Shown here: piece by piece, positions 8,950 to 19,398 of the stretch
Layout: each line of letters opens with the position of its first letter
Position numbering within the stretch: position 1 is the stretch's first letter
Source of the DNA: Candidatus Nomurabacteria bacterium
GTDB taxonomy: Bacteria; Patescibacteriota; Minisyncoccia; Phycocordibacterales; UBA9973
DNA: 64,000 nucleotides
Direction of reading: 5' to 3'
NCBI GenBank assembly: GCA_037139835.1
Contig: JBAXFQ010000002.1
Coordinates: 10,659 to 74,658, forward strand
Position numbers and translations under genes: made by a program
Notes under the pieces: model-generated
What the model was told of the DNA's origin: nothing
The model's input: only the letters and a program-made list of their open reading frames with translations
The model's database searches: none

Positions 8950-9792
8950 TTAAAAATATTTAATTATAATATAGATCTTTCTAAGTATTGAAACTCGCAC
9001 TCTTTCCTTGAATATTCTTTCGGGCTTCTTCTTTATTTTTTCCATTATTTCTTTATACAAATAAAGGGCTATACGTACCGCCCGCCTCCCTGATTTATTT
9101 AACATTGGTATACCTTTTAGTGCTTCATTGTATAAAATTTCGTTTCTTTCAATTTCATACAGTACTAGTTTTTTCATTTGTTCGCTCATTACTTCATTAT
9201 GAAAATCAGCTTCTGTCATGTTGTATCTTTTTATATCATCTTGAGGTATGTATATGCGCCCACGAGCTAGGTCTTCCTTTATGTCACGTAAAAAGTTTGT
9301 AAGCTGAAATGCTTCCGCTAATGCTTTTGCATAGATTAAAGCCCCATCATTAAAGCCGATTATACAGGACATCATATAACCCACAACAGTAGCTGAACCG
9401 TACATGTATTTCTCAAGTTCACTGTAATTTGCATAACGATTTTTATTCGTATCTTGAAGCATTGAGTCTAGAAATATATCACTGTACTCAAAAGGTATCT
9501 TGCAGTCATTCCAGAGTACTGCATTGGCTCTAAGTACTGGGTTCACATCAGTTGATCCATTATATGCCTTTTCCCATTCATTCTTCCACGCTAAAATTTT
9601 TTGTCTTGCTATATTTGAATCTTTCTCTTCGGTATCAACTATTTCATCAGGATAGCGCACAAATGCATATAATACCCAAGTCCGTTCTCTCAAATTTTTT
9701 GGGAAAAAATATGTAGAAATAAAATACGATGTACCATATGAACGAGTCATATTTTTGCAAATTTGTATATCATTTGATTGGATTTTTTCCAT
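8950..9792 (-). CDS. crtB: Phytoene synthase
   Basis: LYAFVRYPDEIVD and FQLTNFLRDIKED..RGRIYIP motifs. Confidence 0.92.
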   Translation of the reverse strand: MEKIQSNDIQICKNMTRSYGTSYFISTYFFPKNLRERTWVLYAFVRYPDEIVDTEEKDSNIARQKILAWKNEWEKAYNGSTDVNPVLRANAVLWNDCKIPFEYSDIFLDSMLQDTNKNRYANYSELEKYMYGSATVVGYMMSCIIGFNDGALIYAKALAEAFQLTNFLRDIKEDLARGRIYIPQDDIKRYNMTEADFHNEVMSEQMKKLVLYEIERNEILYNEALKGIPMLNKSGRRAVRIALYLYKEIMEKIKKKPERIFKERVRVSILRKIYIIIKYF

Positions 9793-10833
9793 TTAGTATT
9801 TTCTTTTTGTTACTATTGAAAGTAAGTTTATAATTTTTTCTAAGTATTCCTTTTTTAAATTAGATTTTGAGATAGCGTCCAGAGCAATACTTTCTTTCTG
9901 TTTAATAAAATTTTCCGCAAAATTAAAAGCTCCAGTATGCTTTAGAAATAAATTTATTTCCTCTTGGTTATTTATGTTTTTGTTTCCAAACCATTTAGCC
10001 CAAGTCTCATTTTCTTCCATTGTTGCATTTTCATCAATGTATATACTTATCATAGTATGTACTCCGTTTTTCATATCACCCAAGGGGTTCTTTTTAAGTG
10101 TCACTACATCTTTTGTGAAATCAAAAATATCATCTTGCATTTGAAATAGTAAGCCTACAGAATCACCGAAATCCGTAATCCATGAAAAATCTTTAATTTC
10201 ACCTTTGGCTAGTATCGCTCCCAACATTAAAGGGTGGGTGAAAGTATACCTAGCAGTTTTTAAGAGCATCTTATTCTCGGCATTAATCATAGTTACTGAT
10301 TTATCAATAGGATCATATACATCAATCATTTGGCCAATTATTACCTCTTCTGTAAGTAAATGAATAATATTCCAAGATTCCTGCGTTTGATTGCATTTAC
10401 TGAATTCTTTGTATGCCCAAGAAAAAACAAGGTCACCTAATAGTATCGCTATCGACTGACTTATTTGTTTTGCTGTTTCTTTATTTGTTTTAGAATCTAG
10501 GTCCTGTTCTATGTATTTATGTACAGAGGTGGCTCCATGTCGTGTATCTGATGCATCCATGATATCGTCATGAATCAGTGCCATTAAGTGAATTAGCTCT
10601 ATACCTATTAAAGTATTTTTTATGTCATGCCAGTTTTTACCAGAATATATACTATATGTCAGCGCAGTATTGTATGGTCGTATTCTCTTGCCGTTCGAGC
10701 CAATTGTAAGTAAATATTTTAAATAATCTGTACTTGGGTGTAATTTAAGTCTAGAATTTGAATCTGATATTAGCATTTTTAGCTCATTTTCAAATATAAT
10801 ATCAAATTCTACTTTAAAATCATTTATATTCAT
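9793..10833 (-). CDS. Polyprenyl (GGPP) diphosphate synthase, CrtE/IdsA-like
   Basis: GKRIRP, LIHDDIMD (FARM), GQMID, KTARYT and QDDIFD (SARM). Confidence 0.9.
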   Translation of the reverse strand: MNINDFKVEFDIIFENELKMLISDSNSRLKLHPSTDYLKYLLTIGSNGKRIRPYNTALTYSIYSGKNWHDIKNTLIGIELIHLMALIHDDIMDASDTRHGATSVHKYIEQDLDSKTNKETAKQISQSIAILLGDLVFSWAYKEFSKCNQTQESWNIIHLLTEEVIIGQMIDVYDPIDKSVTMINAENKMLLKTARYTFTHPLMLGAILAKGEIKDFSWITDFGDSVGLLFQMQDDIFDFTKDVVTLKKNPLGDMKNGVHTMISIYIDENATMEENETWAKWFGNKNINNQEEINLFLKHTGAFNFAENFIKQKESIALDAISKSNLKKEYLEKIINLLSIVTKRKY

Positions 10834-11000
10834 ATATAGTTTGATAATAACACAATTTTACACAATTAAAAAAGCAGAATCTTCACTCACAAGGCTGCAT
10901 GATTACTCATTCGACTTTATATGAATTTAAAGTCTTATTCATAATTAATAAAATTTATCATGAATATGACATTTAGCTATATTTCTGTTATATTCTATCT

Positions 11001-12113
11001 ATGTCACTATCAATCGGAATCGTAGGTCTACCAAACGTCGGGAAGTCGACACTTTTTAACGCTCTTACAAAGAAGGGTGTGCCTTGCGAGAACTACCCAT
11101 TTTGTACGATAGATCCTTCTGTAGGTGTCGTGGCTGTTCCTGACGATCGTATATGGAAGCTCTCAGAATTCTCGAAATCTGCCAAGACTATTCCTGCCGC
11201 TATTGAATTCGTAGATATTGCCGGACTCGTAAAAGGAGCATCGGAGGGTGAAGGACTTGGAAATAAATTCTTGGCCAACATTCGTGAAGTGGATGCAATC
11301 CTTGAAATGGTCAGAATCTTTCCACTCAAGAATGATAAAGGCGATGAGATATTACATGTCATGGGCGATATTGATCCACTTCGTGATATAGAAATAATTA
11401 ATTTAGAATTAATCCTTGCCGACTTAGAAACAGCTGTAAAAAGGAAGAACAATATCGCTCGAGAAATCAGACGTGGAGATAAAGAATTTATCCTAGAAGA
11501 AGAAGCTTTAAATAAAATTATTCCGACACTTGAAGCTGGCAAGCTTGCCAACACTATAGACTTCAATGAAAAAGAATTAGAGAAAGTAAAACAACTTGGT
11601 CTTTTGACTATGAAGCCATTTATATATGGACTCAATAAAAGAGCTGGAGCTGAAAATCTAGATACTTCAAATCCAGAAATTTTTAAAGAGCTCACAGACT
11701 ATATTGAAAGCATGGGTTCAAGATATGTGGTGATAGATGCAAAGATTGAACATGAACTTATGGACTTTGAAGGAGAAGAGAAGGAAATGTTCCGAAAAGA
11801 ACTTGGAGGGGATGATGATGGTATAAATAGTCTTATAACCGAAGGGTATAAGCTCCTAGGTCTAGATACTTACTTTACGACCGGAGAGGATGAGACGAGA
11901 GCTTGGACAATAAAAAAGGGAAGTACTGCACCTGTCGCTGGTATGGCTATACATACAGACTTCAAAGATAAATTTATAAGAGCTGAAGTAGTTTTCTGGA
12001 AAGATTTACTAGACTCAGGTAGCTATGCTGAAGCTCGCTCAAAAGGAAAAGTCCGAACAGAAGGAAAGGAATATATAGTGAAGAATGGAGATGTCGTAGA
12101 ATTCAAAATTTAA
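11001..12113 (+). CDS. ychF: Ribosome-binding ATPase YchF
   Basis: GIVGLPNVGKSTLFNALT, NYPFCTIDP, DIAGLVKGAS.GEGLGN and C-terminal TGS. Confidence 0.97.
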   Translation: MSLSIGIVGLPNVGKSTLFNALTKKGVPCENYPFCTIDPSVGVVAVPDDRIWKLSEFSKSAKTIPAAIEFVDIAGLVKGASEGEGLGNKFLANIREVDAILEMVRIFPLKNDKGDEILHVMGDIDPLRDIEIINLELILADLETAVKRKNNIAREIRRGDKEFILEEEALNKIIPTLEAGKLANTIDFNEKELEKVKQLGLLTMKPFIYGLNKRAGAENLDTSNPEIFKELTDYIESMGSRYVVIDAKIEHELMDFEGEEKEMFRKELGGDDDGINSLITEGYKLLGLDTYFTTGEDETRAWTIKKGSTAPVAGMAIHTDFKDKFIRAEVVFWKDLLDSGSYAEARSKGKVRTEGKEYIVKNGDVVEFKI

Positions 12114-12205
12114 TAATTTTGAATTCGGAGATCCTGAGTACTCGAAGGGTCAGTAGATTCCAAAATTTAATAATTTTGAATTCGGAGATCCTGAGTACTA
12201 GAAGG
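12096..12205 (+). repeat. Two 53-bp direct repeats (period 57) with an internal palindrome, overlapping the ychF stop
   Basis: 12096-12148 vs 12153-12205 with 3 mismatches; GAATTCAAAATT-TAAT-AATTTTGAATTC in copy 1. Confidence 0.9.
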
Positions 12206-12226
12206 ATTAAATAAGATTTAATTTGT

Positions 12227-12670
12227 ATGATTGATCAAAATATTTTTAATAGAAATTTGGATTTCATCGGAGTAAAAGGAATGGTATTTATTGATGGTAA
12301 AATCATAGTTATCCGAAGAGATAATAATACTAAAATCTTTCCTCTTCGCATTGACTTGCCTGGTGGAGGAAGAGAAAAAGGAGAGTCCCCATTTGAGACT
12401 TTCAAAAGAGAGTTAAAAGAAGAATTAAGTATAGATATAAATGAAGAAGACATTCTCTTTGCTTATTTATATGGCGATGAAACATATAAAGAGCATCTAG
12501 CTTATTTCATGGTTACAAAAAATTTAAATATTAAAAAAGAATATGTTGTTTTGGGTAATGAAGGGCTCGAATTTAAATTTATTAGTCCAGAAGAATTTAT
12601 TGATTTAGATGATAGTATAATACACTTACAATCGGAGGTGAAAAAATATTTAAACAGTATTAAAAAATGA
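12227..12670 (+). CDS. NUDIX hydrolase
   Basis: Nudix box PGGGREKGESPFETFKRELKEEL. Confidence 0.9.
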   Translation: MIDQNIFNRNLDFIGVKGMVFIDGKIIVIRRDNNTKIFPLRIDLPGGGREKGESPFETFKRELKEELSIDINEEDILFAYLYGDETYKEHLAYFMVTKNLNIKKEYVVLGNEGLEFKFISPEEFIDLDDSIIHLQSEVKKYLNSIKK

Positions 12671-12720
12671 AAACCGACTGCATGGGAGCAATCGGTTTTT
12701 AATTTTTTACGTCACAATAT

Positions 12721-13125
12721 TTAAACTGTTTGACTTTCAAATGAATATTCTTCAACTCTCCAGTTTAAAACATCATCGACGTTTACTTTGAAAACAAACA
12801 AGTTTTCAGAGTCTTTGTCATGTATGCATATATGACAAAACTCACAGATGTCTGTAGTGTCAGGAGTAATATATTTGTTGCTCCTAATCTTTTCCTTAAA
12901 TGGTGCTATTAAAATGGCATCACCTAGGGTTGTTTCTTTTCTGGGGTGTTTTAGCTTCACCCTTGTCCCGTCCCAGTACCAAAGGTATACATCTTGGTTT
13001 TGAGAAAAAATTTGGTCAAAATTAATGATTGATTTTCTTTCAAACCTAAATTTTACTTTAAGTTTTTTAGCCAATTCAGCTAGGTCCAATGGACCTGATA
13101 GAAGATTTACTGCTCCAGAAGACAT
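12721..13125 (-). CDS. Hypothetical protein
   Basis: 134-aa ORF filling the gap; no recognisable motif. Confidence 0.6.
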   Translation of the reverse strand: MSSGAVNLLSGPLDLAELAKKLKVKFRFERKSIINFDQIFSQNQDVYLWYWDGTRVKLKHPRKETTLGDAILIAPFKEKIRSNKYITPDTTDICEFCHICIHDKDSENLFVFKVNVDDVLNWRVEEYSFESQTV

Positions 13126-13234
13126 AATTTAATATTTTAAATGAATAATCAATTTTTTGTATTATAACATAATTTATTAAAAAATCAAATTTAATCTATT
13201 TGTCATATATTTATCTTATGGTATAAATTAGTTT

Positions 13235-13810
13235 ATGCACGATAGTTATCAAAAAGCAGAAAATATTTTAAAAAATGATGGAGTTGTGGTATTACCGACG
13301 GATACTTTGTATGGCTTGATGGCAAGTGTATATTCTAAAAAAGCCGTAGAAAAAATTTTTAAAATAAAAGAAAGGGATAAGAGCAAGGCCTTGATAGTGC
13401 TCATATCTTCATTAAAAGATTTGGCTGTTTTTGGAATAAAGATAGAAAAAGAACAGGCCAAAATTTTGGAAAAATTTTGGCCTGGAAAAGTAAGCGTCTT
13501 ATTATCTTGTAAAAGTTCTAAATATAAATATATACACAGAGGAACTGGCGAAATTGCTTTTAGGATGATAGGCTCTAGAAATAAAAATTTATACAATTTA
13601 TTGGAAAAAGTAGGTCCAATTGTTGCTCCAAGCGCCAATAAAGAAGGAGGAAAGCCATCCGAGGCAGTTATGGATGCCAGAGAATATTTTGGTGATTTAG
13701 TCGATCTATATATAAATGGTGGTAAAAAAATAGGGGAACCTTCAACTATTATTAGGCTCAAAAATGATGGGTTCGAGGTATTGCGACAAGGTAAAGTTTT
13801 TTTGGTATAA
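13235..13810 (+). CDS. tsaC: L-threonylcarbamoyladenylate synthase (Sua5/YrdC)
   Basis: PTDTLYGL, K.R..K.L, FWPG, PSAN and PSTII motifs. Confidence 0.93.
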   Translation: MHDSYQKAENILKNDGVVVLPTDTLYGLMASVYSKKAVEKIFKIKERDKSKALIVLISSLKDLAVFGIKIEKEQAKILEKFWPGKVSVLLSCKSSKYKYIHRGTGEIAFRMIGSRNKNLYNLLEKVGPIVAPSANKEGGKPSEAVMDAREYFGDLVDLYINGGKKIGEPSTIIRLKNDGFEVLRQGKVFLV

Positions 13811-13820
13811 TACACCCATT

Positions 13821-14369
13821 ATGGAACCAAATATAAATAATCCAAAACAATCAAATTTTGTGAAGATATCTATTATTATTGCTATTGTTATTGTTATGAA
13901 TATGTTTTTTAATTATGCGGTTTCTCTTGTCTATAAAGAGCCTGTTTTTGATGCATATGTAAAGCCTACACAGGTTGTAGAAACAATAAAGACAAAAGAT
14001 CAATGTATCTCTGTCGGAGGACAATGGAGTGAAAATGCATATCCAAGTCCTGATATAAAAGGAAAGACAGAAGTTCAAGGTTATTGTGATCAGAATTATA
14101 CTAAACAATTAAATTATGATGCTGCTCGAAAAGTATACGAGAAGAAAGTATTCATCACTCTTATCGTTCTCGGTATTATATCTCTTATCGCTGGTGGATT
14201 CATCACTATATCTATCCTATCTATTGCTTTTGCTTGGGGAGGAGTACTCTCACTTATAATCGCTTCTATGCGTTACTGGTCTCAGGCTGACAATTTAGCA
14301 AAAGTCGTAATACTTGCTCTGGCATTAGGAATTCTGATCTGGCTAGCAATAAAGAAATTTAATAAATAG
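13821..14369 (+). CDS. Hypothetical membrane protein with an extracytoplasmic Cys loop
   Basis: Start reassigned to MEPN, downstream of TATAAT; 4 TM helices and C.SVGGQW...YC. Confidence 0.75.
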   Translation: MEPNINNPKQSNFVKISIIIAIVIVMNMFFNYAVSLVYKEPVFDAYVKPTQVVETIKTKDQCISVGGQWSENAYPSPDIKGKTEVQGYCDQNYTKQLNYDAARKVYEKKVFITLIVLGIISLIAGGFITISILSIAFAWGGVLSLIIASMRYWSQADNLAKVVILALALGILIWLAIKKFNK

Positions 14370-14383
14370 ACAAAAGAATACTA

Positions 14384-16963
14384 ATGAAAAACTATGATCA
14401 TAAGAAAATAGAAAAGAAATGGCAAAAAGAATGGGAAAAGAATGATGTTTATAAAACATTAAATCCTGGTAAGACTAAGAAGATGTACGTACTAGATATG
14501 TTTCCATATCCTTCTGGTGTGGGGCTTCATGTCGGACATCCACGTGGATACATAGGAAGTGATATCTATGCTCGTATGAAAAAGATGGAAGGCTACAATG
14601 TACTTCATCCTATGGGTTATGATGCTTTCGGTCTACCAGCTGAGCAGTACGCACTCCAACATAAGATTCATCCAAGAAAAGCTGTAGAAGAAAATGTTAA
14701 AACTTTTAAACATCAACTTTCTATTATAGGTATGTCGTATGATTGGTCTAAAGAAGTAAATACTACAGACCCTAAATATTATAAGTGGACACAGTGGATC
14801 TTTTTAGAGATATACAATTCTTGGTATGACAAGACAAAGAATAAAGCTCGTAAGATAGATGAGCTAATATCCATTTTTGAAAAAAGCGGTAATGGCAAAG
14901 TTCACGCAGCTTGTAATATGAATACAGAAATTTTTACTGCTAAAGAATGGAAGATTTTTTCAAAACTAGAAAAGCAGTCAGTCTTAATGAAATACAGACT
15001 TGCATATGAAGGACATAGTGAAGTGAATTGGTGTAAAGAGTTGGGCACTGTCTTGGCCAATGATGAGATAGTCACAGATGATAAAGGAAATATTGTTTCT
15101 GAGAGAGGTGGCTATCCTGTAGAGAAGAAGTCAATGCGTCAGTGGTTCATGCGTATTACAGCCTATGCTGATAGGCTTCTTTCTGGTTTAGATACTCTTT
15201 CATGGAGTGATTCTATTAAAGAAATTCAAAAGAATTGGATTGGCAAAAGTGAGGGATCATTGGTTAAATTTTCCGTAAAAGATAATTTTGAAAAAATAGA
15301 AGTTTTCACAACTCGTATCGACACTATCTTCTCTGGAACATTTTTAGTTATTGCTCCTGAACATATTTTTATACAAAAAAATAAAAGTATTATTACTAAT
15401 TATTCAGAAGTTGAAAAATATCTAGAAGAAGTAAAAAATAAAACAGACGAGGATAGAATGAATAAGGATAATAAAACAGGAGTAGAATTAAAAGGTATAA
15501 GTGTAATTAATCCAGCCACAAATAAAGAAATGCCAGTATGGGTAGCTGACTTCGTATTGGGATCTTATGGTACAGGAGCTGTGTTTGCAGATGCCCATGA
15601 CAAAAGAGACTTCGATATGGCCAAAAAATATAATATACCATTGTCTGTATCTATTAAGCCTGATAACGACGCTCTATTTGAAAGAGTTAAAAATCTAGAA
15701 GAATGTTTTGAAGGAAAGGGTATTTTATTTAATTCTGGTGAATTCGATGGTATGACTTCAGATGAAGCAAGATCAAAAATTACAGAATGGCTTTCTACTA
15801 AAAATTTAGCATCTAAAACTATTAAATACAAAATGCGAGATGCCATCTTTGCTCGTCAGAGATACTGGGGTGAACCGATACCACTTAAGCATGATAAAGA
15901 TGGATTGATCACAGATTTAAAATTAAAAAATCTTCCTTTAGAATTACCAAATGTTAAATCATACGAGCCTATAGGTACAGGTGAGTCACCACTTGCTGGA
16001 GTTAAATCATGGATAAAGGAGGGATACGAGACAAATACAATGCCGGGTTGGGCAGGTAGTTCTTGGTATTTCTTGCGCTACATGGATCCAACAAATGGAA
16101 AAGTTTTTGCCGCAAAGAAAAATATAGATTATTGGAATACCGTAGATATGTATGTAGGAGGAGCTGAGCATGCAACTGGCCATCTACTCTATTCACGCTT
16201 TTGGAATAATTTTTTGTATGACATGGATTATGTACCCTTTAGAGAACCTTTTAAGAGACTAAAGAATCAGGGTATGATTTTAGCTACAGATGGACGCAAG
16301 ATGAGTAAGAGATGGAATAATGTTATCAATCCAGATGATATCGTAGATAATTATGGAGCAGATACTCTCCGAGTCTATGAGATGTTTATGGGTCCATTTG
16401 ATCAGAGTTTACCTTGGTCTACTGAAAGTATTATCGGTTCTAGAAGATTTATCGATAAAGTTTGTAGACTTAAAGAAAAAACCGTTGAAATAAAAAGTGA
16501 CTTAGAACTCGAAAAAGTTCTCCACAAAACGATAAAAAAGGTTACAGAAGATATAGAGTCTATGAGTTTCAATACTGCTATTTCTTCTATGATGATCTTA
16601 GTAAATGAGATGGAAAAAGCAGGGAATATACCAGTAAAAGATTTTAAAATGTTTCTCCAAATTCTTGCTCCATTTGCACCTCATATAACAGAAGAACTTT
16701 GGTGTAATCTTGGAGAGAAGAAGTCGATACATAGAAGTCTATGGCCAAAGTGGGATAAAAAGAAGGTAGTAGACGATACTATCAAGATAGCAGTTCAAGT
16801 AGGGGGTAAAGTTCGAGGTGAAATCATAGTGGATAAGGATATTACAGAAGACCAGATAAAAGAGTTGGTTTTGAAGGAAAAATTTGTAATTCCTTGGGTT
16901 GAAAATAAAATTATTAAAAGAATTATTTATGTGAAGGGTAGGATTGTGAATATCGTTATCTAG
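14384..16963 (+). CDS. leuS: Leucine--tRNA ligase
   Basis: MFPYPSG.GLHVGH (HIGH), YVGGAEHA and KMSKR motifs. Confidence 0.97.
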   Translation: MKNYDHKKIEKKWQKEWEKNDVYKTLNPGKTKKMYVLDMFPYPSGVGLHVGHPRGYIGSDIYARMKKMEGYNVLHPMGYDAFGLPAEQYALQHKIHPRKAVEENVKTFKHQLSIIGMSYDWSKEVNTTDPKYYKWTQWIFLEIYNSWYDKTKNKARKIDELISIFEKSGNGKVHAACNMNTEIFTAKEWKIFSKLEKQSVLMKYRLAYEGHSEVNWCKELGTVLANDEIVTDDKGNIVSERGGYPVEKKSMRQWFMRITAYADRLLSGLDTLSWSDSIKEIQKNWIGKSEGSLVKFSVKDNFEKIEVFTTRIDTIFSGTFLVIAPEHIFIQKNKSIITNYSEVEKYLEEVKNKTDEDRMNKDNKTGVELKGISVINPATNKEMPVWVADFVLGSYGTGAVFADAHDKRDFDMAKKYNIPLSVSIKPDNDALFERVKNLEECFEGKGILFNSGEFDGMTSDEARSKITEWLSTKNLASKTIKYKMRDAIFARQRYWGEPIPLKHDKDGLITDLKLKNLPLELPNVKSYEPIGTGESPLAGVKSWIKEGYETNTMPGWAGSSWYFLRYMDPTNGKVFAAKKNIDYWNTVDMYVGGAEHATGHLLYSRFWNNFLYDMDYVPFREPFKRLKNQGMILATDGRKMSKRWNNVINPDDIVDNYGADTLRVYEMFMGPFDQSLPWSTESIIGSRRFIDKVCRLKEKTVEIKSDLELEKVLHKTIKKVTEDIESMSFNTAISSMMILVNEMEKAGNIPVKDFKMFLQILAPFAPHITEELWCNLGEKKSIHRSLWPKWDKKKVVDDTIKIAVQVGGKVRGEIIVDKDITEDQIKELVLKEKFVIPWVENKIIKRIIYVKGRIVNIVI

Positions 16964-17016
16964 TTATATTTGATTATATCGTGTATAATAAATTAATATT
17001 AATATATTACAAAAAT

Positions 17017-19389
17017 ATGGAAACAAAAAGAATAGAATTTTTTAATAAGTTGTCGTTTATCACATTACTAGCCACAATATTTCTCTCATTATTTTTCTTC
17101 ATACCTTATGTCCCTGTGACCCTTGAAGCAAGTAAGGGGTTCCTGCTTTCTATAGGAACTACACTTTCTGTCTTCTTCTGGCTGATAGCAAGACTTGGAG
17201 AAGGAAAATTTGTCTTTCCAAAAGATAGATTGATATTGGCTGCAGCTGTGATACCGCTAGTATTTTTGATATCCTCATTCTTTTCTTCTTCTATGTATGT
17301 CTCTTTGTTTGGTAATGGTTTTGAGATGGGGACATTTGGATCGATGCTCATATTGTTCATTCTCTTCTTTTTGTCGACTATGTATTTCAATACGGAGAAG
17401 CGTTTGTGGTACTTTTTTGGAGTTTTATTCTTGGGTGGTTTAATTCTTTCTGTATTTGAATTATTCAATATTTTCGTAGGATTCGATAGATTCTTTCCAG
17501 GATTTTTACAAGGTCTTTCATCTGGAAACCTTGTAGGTAGTTGGAACAATTTCGCATTAATTTTTGGACTTATTATATTGTTATCTCTATTTACTTTAGA
17601 TTTCTTGAAGTCAAAAGGGATTTTTCTTATCGTTCAATATTTCTTGTTGGTTACTGGTTTATTTTTCCTAATAATTATAAATATACCTTTAGTATGGCTT
17701 TTAGTAGGTGTATTTTCAATTATAATTTTCGTTTACAGTGTTTCTATTCAGCATGCTGGAGTTAGGGTAGTTCACGGAGGAGGAGAAGAAAAAAGATTCC
17801 CTTTCGCTTCACTTATTGTTGTTTTTGTCTGCTTAACGTTCTTACTTGGAAGTAATTCTTTGAATGTTTTGATTTCTAAATATGTAAATCTTTCTGCACC
17901 AGAAGTCAGACCTTCATTGTTGGCAACAGGACAAATCGCAGTTAAATCAATCAAGCACAATCCTTTCTTTGGAACTGGTCCTAATACTTTTTCAATAGCC
18001 TGGGCACAATGGCAACCAAAAGAAATTGCGAATACTATGTTCTGGAATTCTGATTTTACCAATGGATTTAGTACATTCTTCACATTTATCGTCACTACTG
18101 GTATTTTAGGTTTCCTTGCTTGGGTCGCATTCTTTTCTATTCTAGTAATCAGAGGTACTCAGTCTCTACGAGTTGCCCTTAAAGATCCTCTTTCAAATTA
18201 CTTTATTTTGTCGACGTTCATGATTTCACTTTATTGTTGGATAACCTTCATTATATATACACCAAATATATTAATGCTGATGTTAGCATTTGCTTCGAGT
18301 GGTATACTTATCGGTATCTTAGTATATAGACATGTAATACCAGTAAAAGAAATTTCATTCTTAAATGATCCTAGAAATAGTTTCTTTGCAATTCTTTCTT
18401 TAATGGTATTAATGATAGTTACTTTGTCAGTATCATATTTGTATGTAGAAAAGTTTACTTCAGTTATATACTTCTCAAAGGGATTAAATGTCAGTAGTAA
18501 TATGGATTCATTGGTTCATTCTGAGAAAATGCTTAATAATGCGATTTCTTTAGATAAGAATGATATTTACTATCGTACTTTGTCTCAGGTTTATGTAGCA
18601 GAGATAGGTCTTATGGTAAATGATGACAAAATATCACAAGATACTTTAAAATCAAATCTTCAGCAATTGATAAATTATGCTCAGAATTCAGCATCTTTAG
18701 CTGTCAGTCAAAATCCTAAGCAATATCTTAACTACTTCAATTTAGGGAATGTTTATGCCTCTTTAGTTCCTCTTTCTGTTGATGGAAGTTACGAAAGTGC
18801 AAATGTTTCTTATAATCACGCAAAGGATCTATCTCCAAATAATCCTTCTATAATTCTAGCTAAAGCACAATTAGAATTCTCAAAAAAGAATAATGATGCT
18901 GCTAGAAAATTAATACAACAATCTTTAGACCTTAAGTTAAATTATACAGATGCGTTATTCTTGTTAGCTCAGATTGAGACAAATGAAGGTAATCCTTCAG
19001 CTGCTATTAAACAAATGGAGAAAGCAGCACAATTGGCTCCAAATGATTCAAATATATTCTTTAGATTAGGTTTATTGCGTTACAATAATAACGATTATAC
19101 AAATGCAGTTGGTGCTTTTGAGCAGGCAGTTATGATAAATAATAATTATCTAGATGCTCATTATTTACTAGGATTAGCTTATCAAAAAGCAGGAAGAAAT
19201 TCAGATGCATTAATCCAATTTAAGATGTTAAATAAAGTTCTACCAGGTAACCCAGACATTAAAAAAGCGATAGACTCTATTTCAAGTGGAGCTAGTGATA
19301 CAGTTCCTGAGGTTGTTCCTTCAACAGGAACAGATGTTAGTAAAACAGCTTTAGAAAAAAATACTAAACTACCAACTCCAAAACAATAG
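17017..19389 (+). CDS. Multi-TM O-antigen-ligase-like protein with C-terminal TPR repeats
   Basis: About 12 TM helices, a PFFGTGPNTF loop and TPR-like repeats; start reassigned to METKR. Confidence 0.75.
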   Translation: METKRIEFFNKLSFITLLATIFLSLFFFIPYVPVTLEASKGFLLSIGTTLSVFFWLIARLGEGKFVFPKDRLILAAAVIPLVFLISSFFSSSMYVSLFGNGFEMGTFGSMLILFILFFLSTMYFNTEKRLWYFFGVLFLGGLILSVFELFNIFVGFDRFFPGFLQGLSSGNLVGSWNNFALIFGLIILLSLFTLDFLKSKGIFLIVQYFLLVTGLFFLIIINIPLVWLLVGVFSIIIFVYSVSIQHAGVRVVHGGGEEKRFPFASLIVVFVCLTFLLGSNSLNVLISKYVNLSAPEVRPSLLATGQIAVKSIKHNPFFGTGPNTFSIAWAQWQPKEIANTMFWNSDFTNGFSTFFTFIVTTGILGFLAWVAFFSILVIRGTQSLRVALKDPLSNYFILSTFMISLYCWITFIIYTPNILMLMLAFASSGILIGILVYRHVIPVKEISFLNDPRNSFFAILSLMVLMIVTLSVSYLYVEKFTSVIYFSKGLNVSSNMDSLVHSEKMLNNAISLDKNDIYYRTLSQVYVAEIGLMVNDDKISQDTLKSNLQQLINYAQNSASLAVSQNPKQYLNYFNLGNVYASLVPLSVDGSYESANVSYNHAKDLSPNNPSIILAKAQLEFSKKNNDAARKLIQQSLDLKLNYTDALFLLAQIETNEGNPSAAIKQMEKAAQLAPNDSNIFFRLGLLRYNNNDYTNAVGAFEQAVMINNNYLDAHYLLGLAYQKAGRNSDALIQFKMLNKVLPGNPDIKKAIDSISSGASDTVPEVVPSTGTDVSKTALEKNTKLPTPKQ

Positions 19390-19398
19390 AATTTAATA

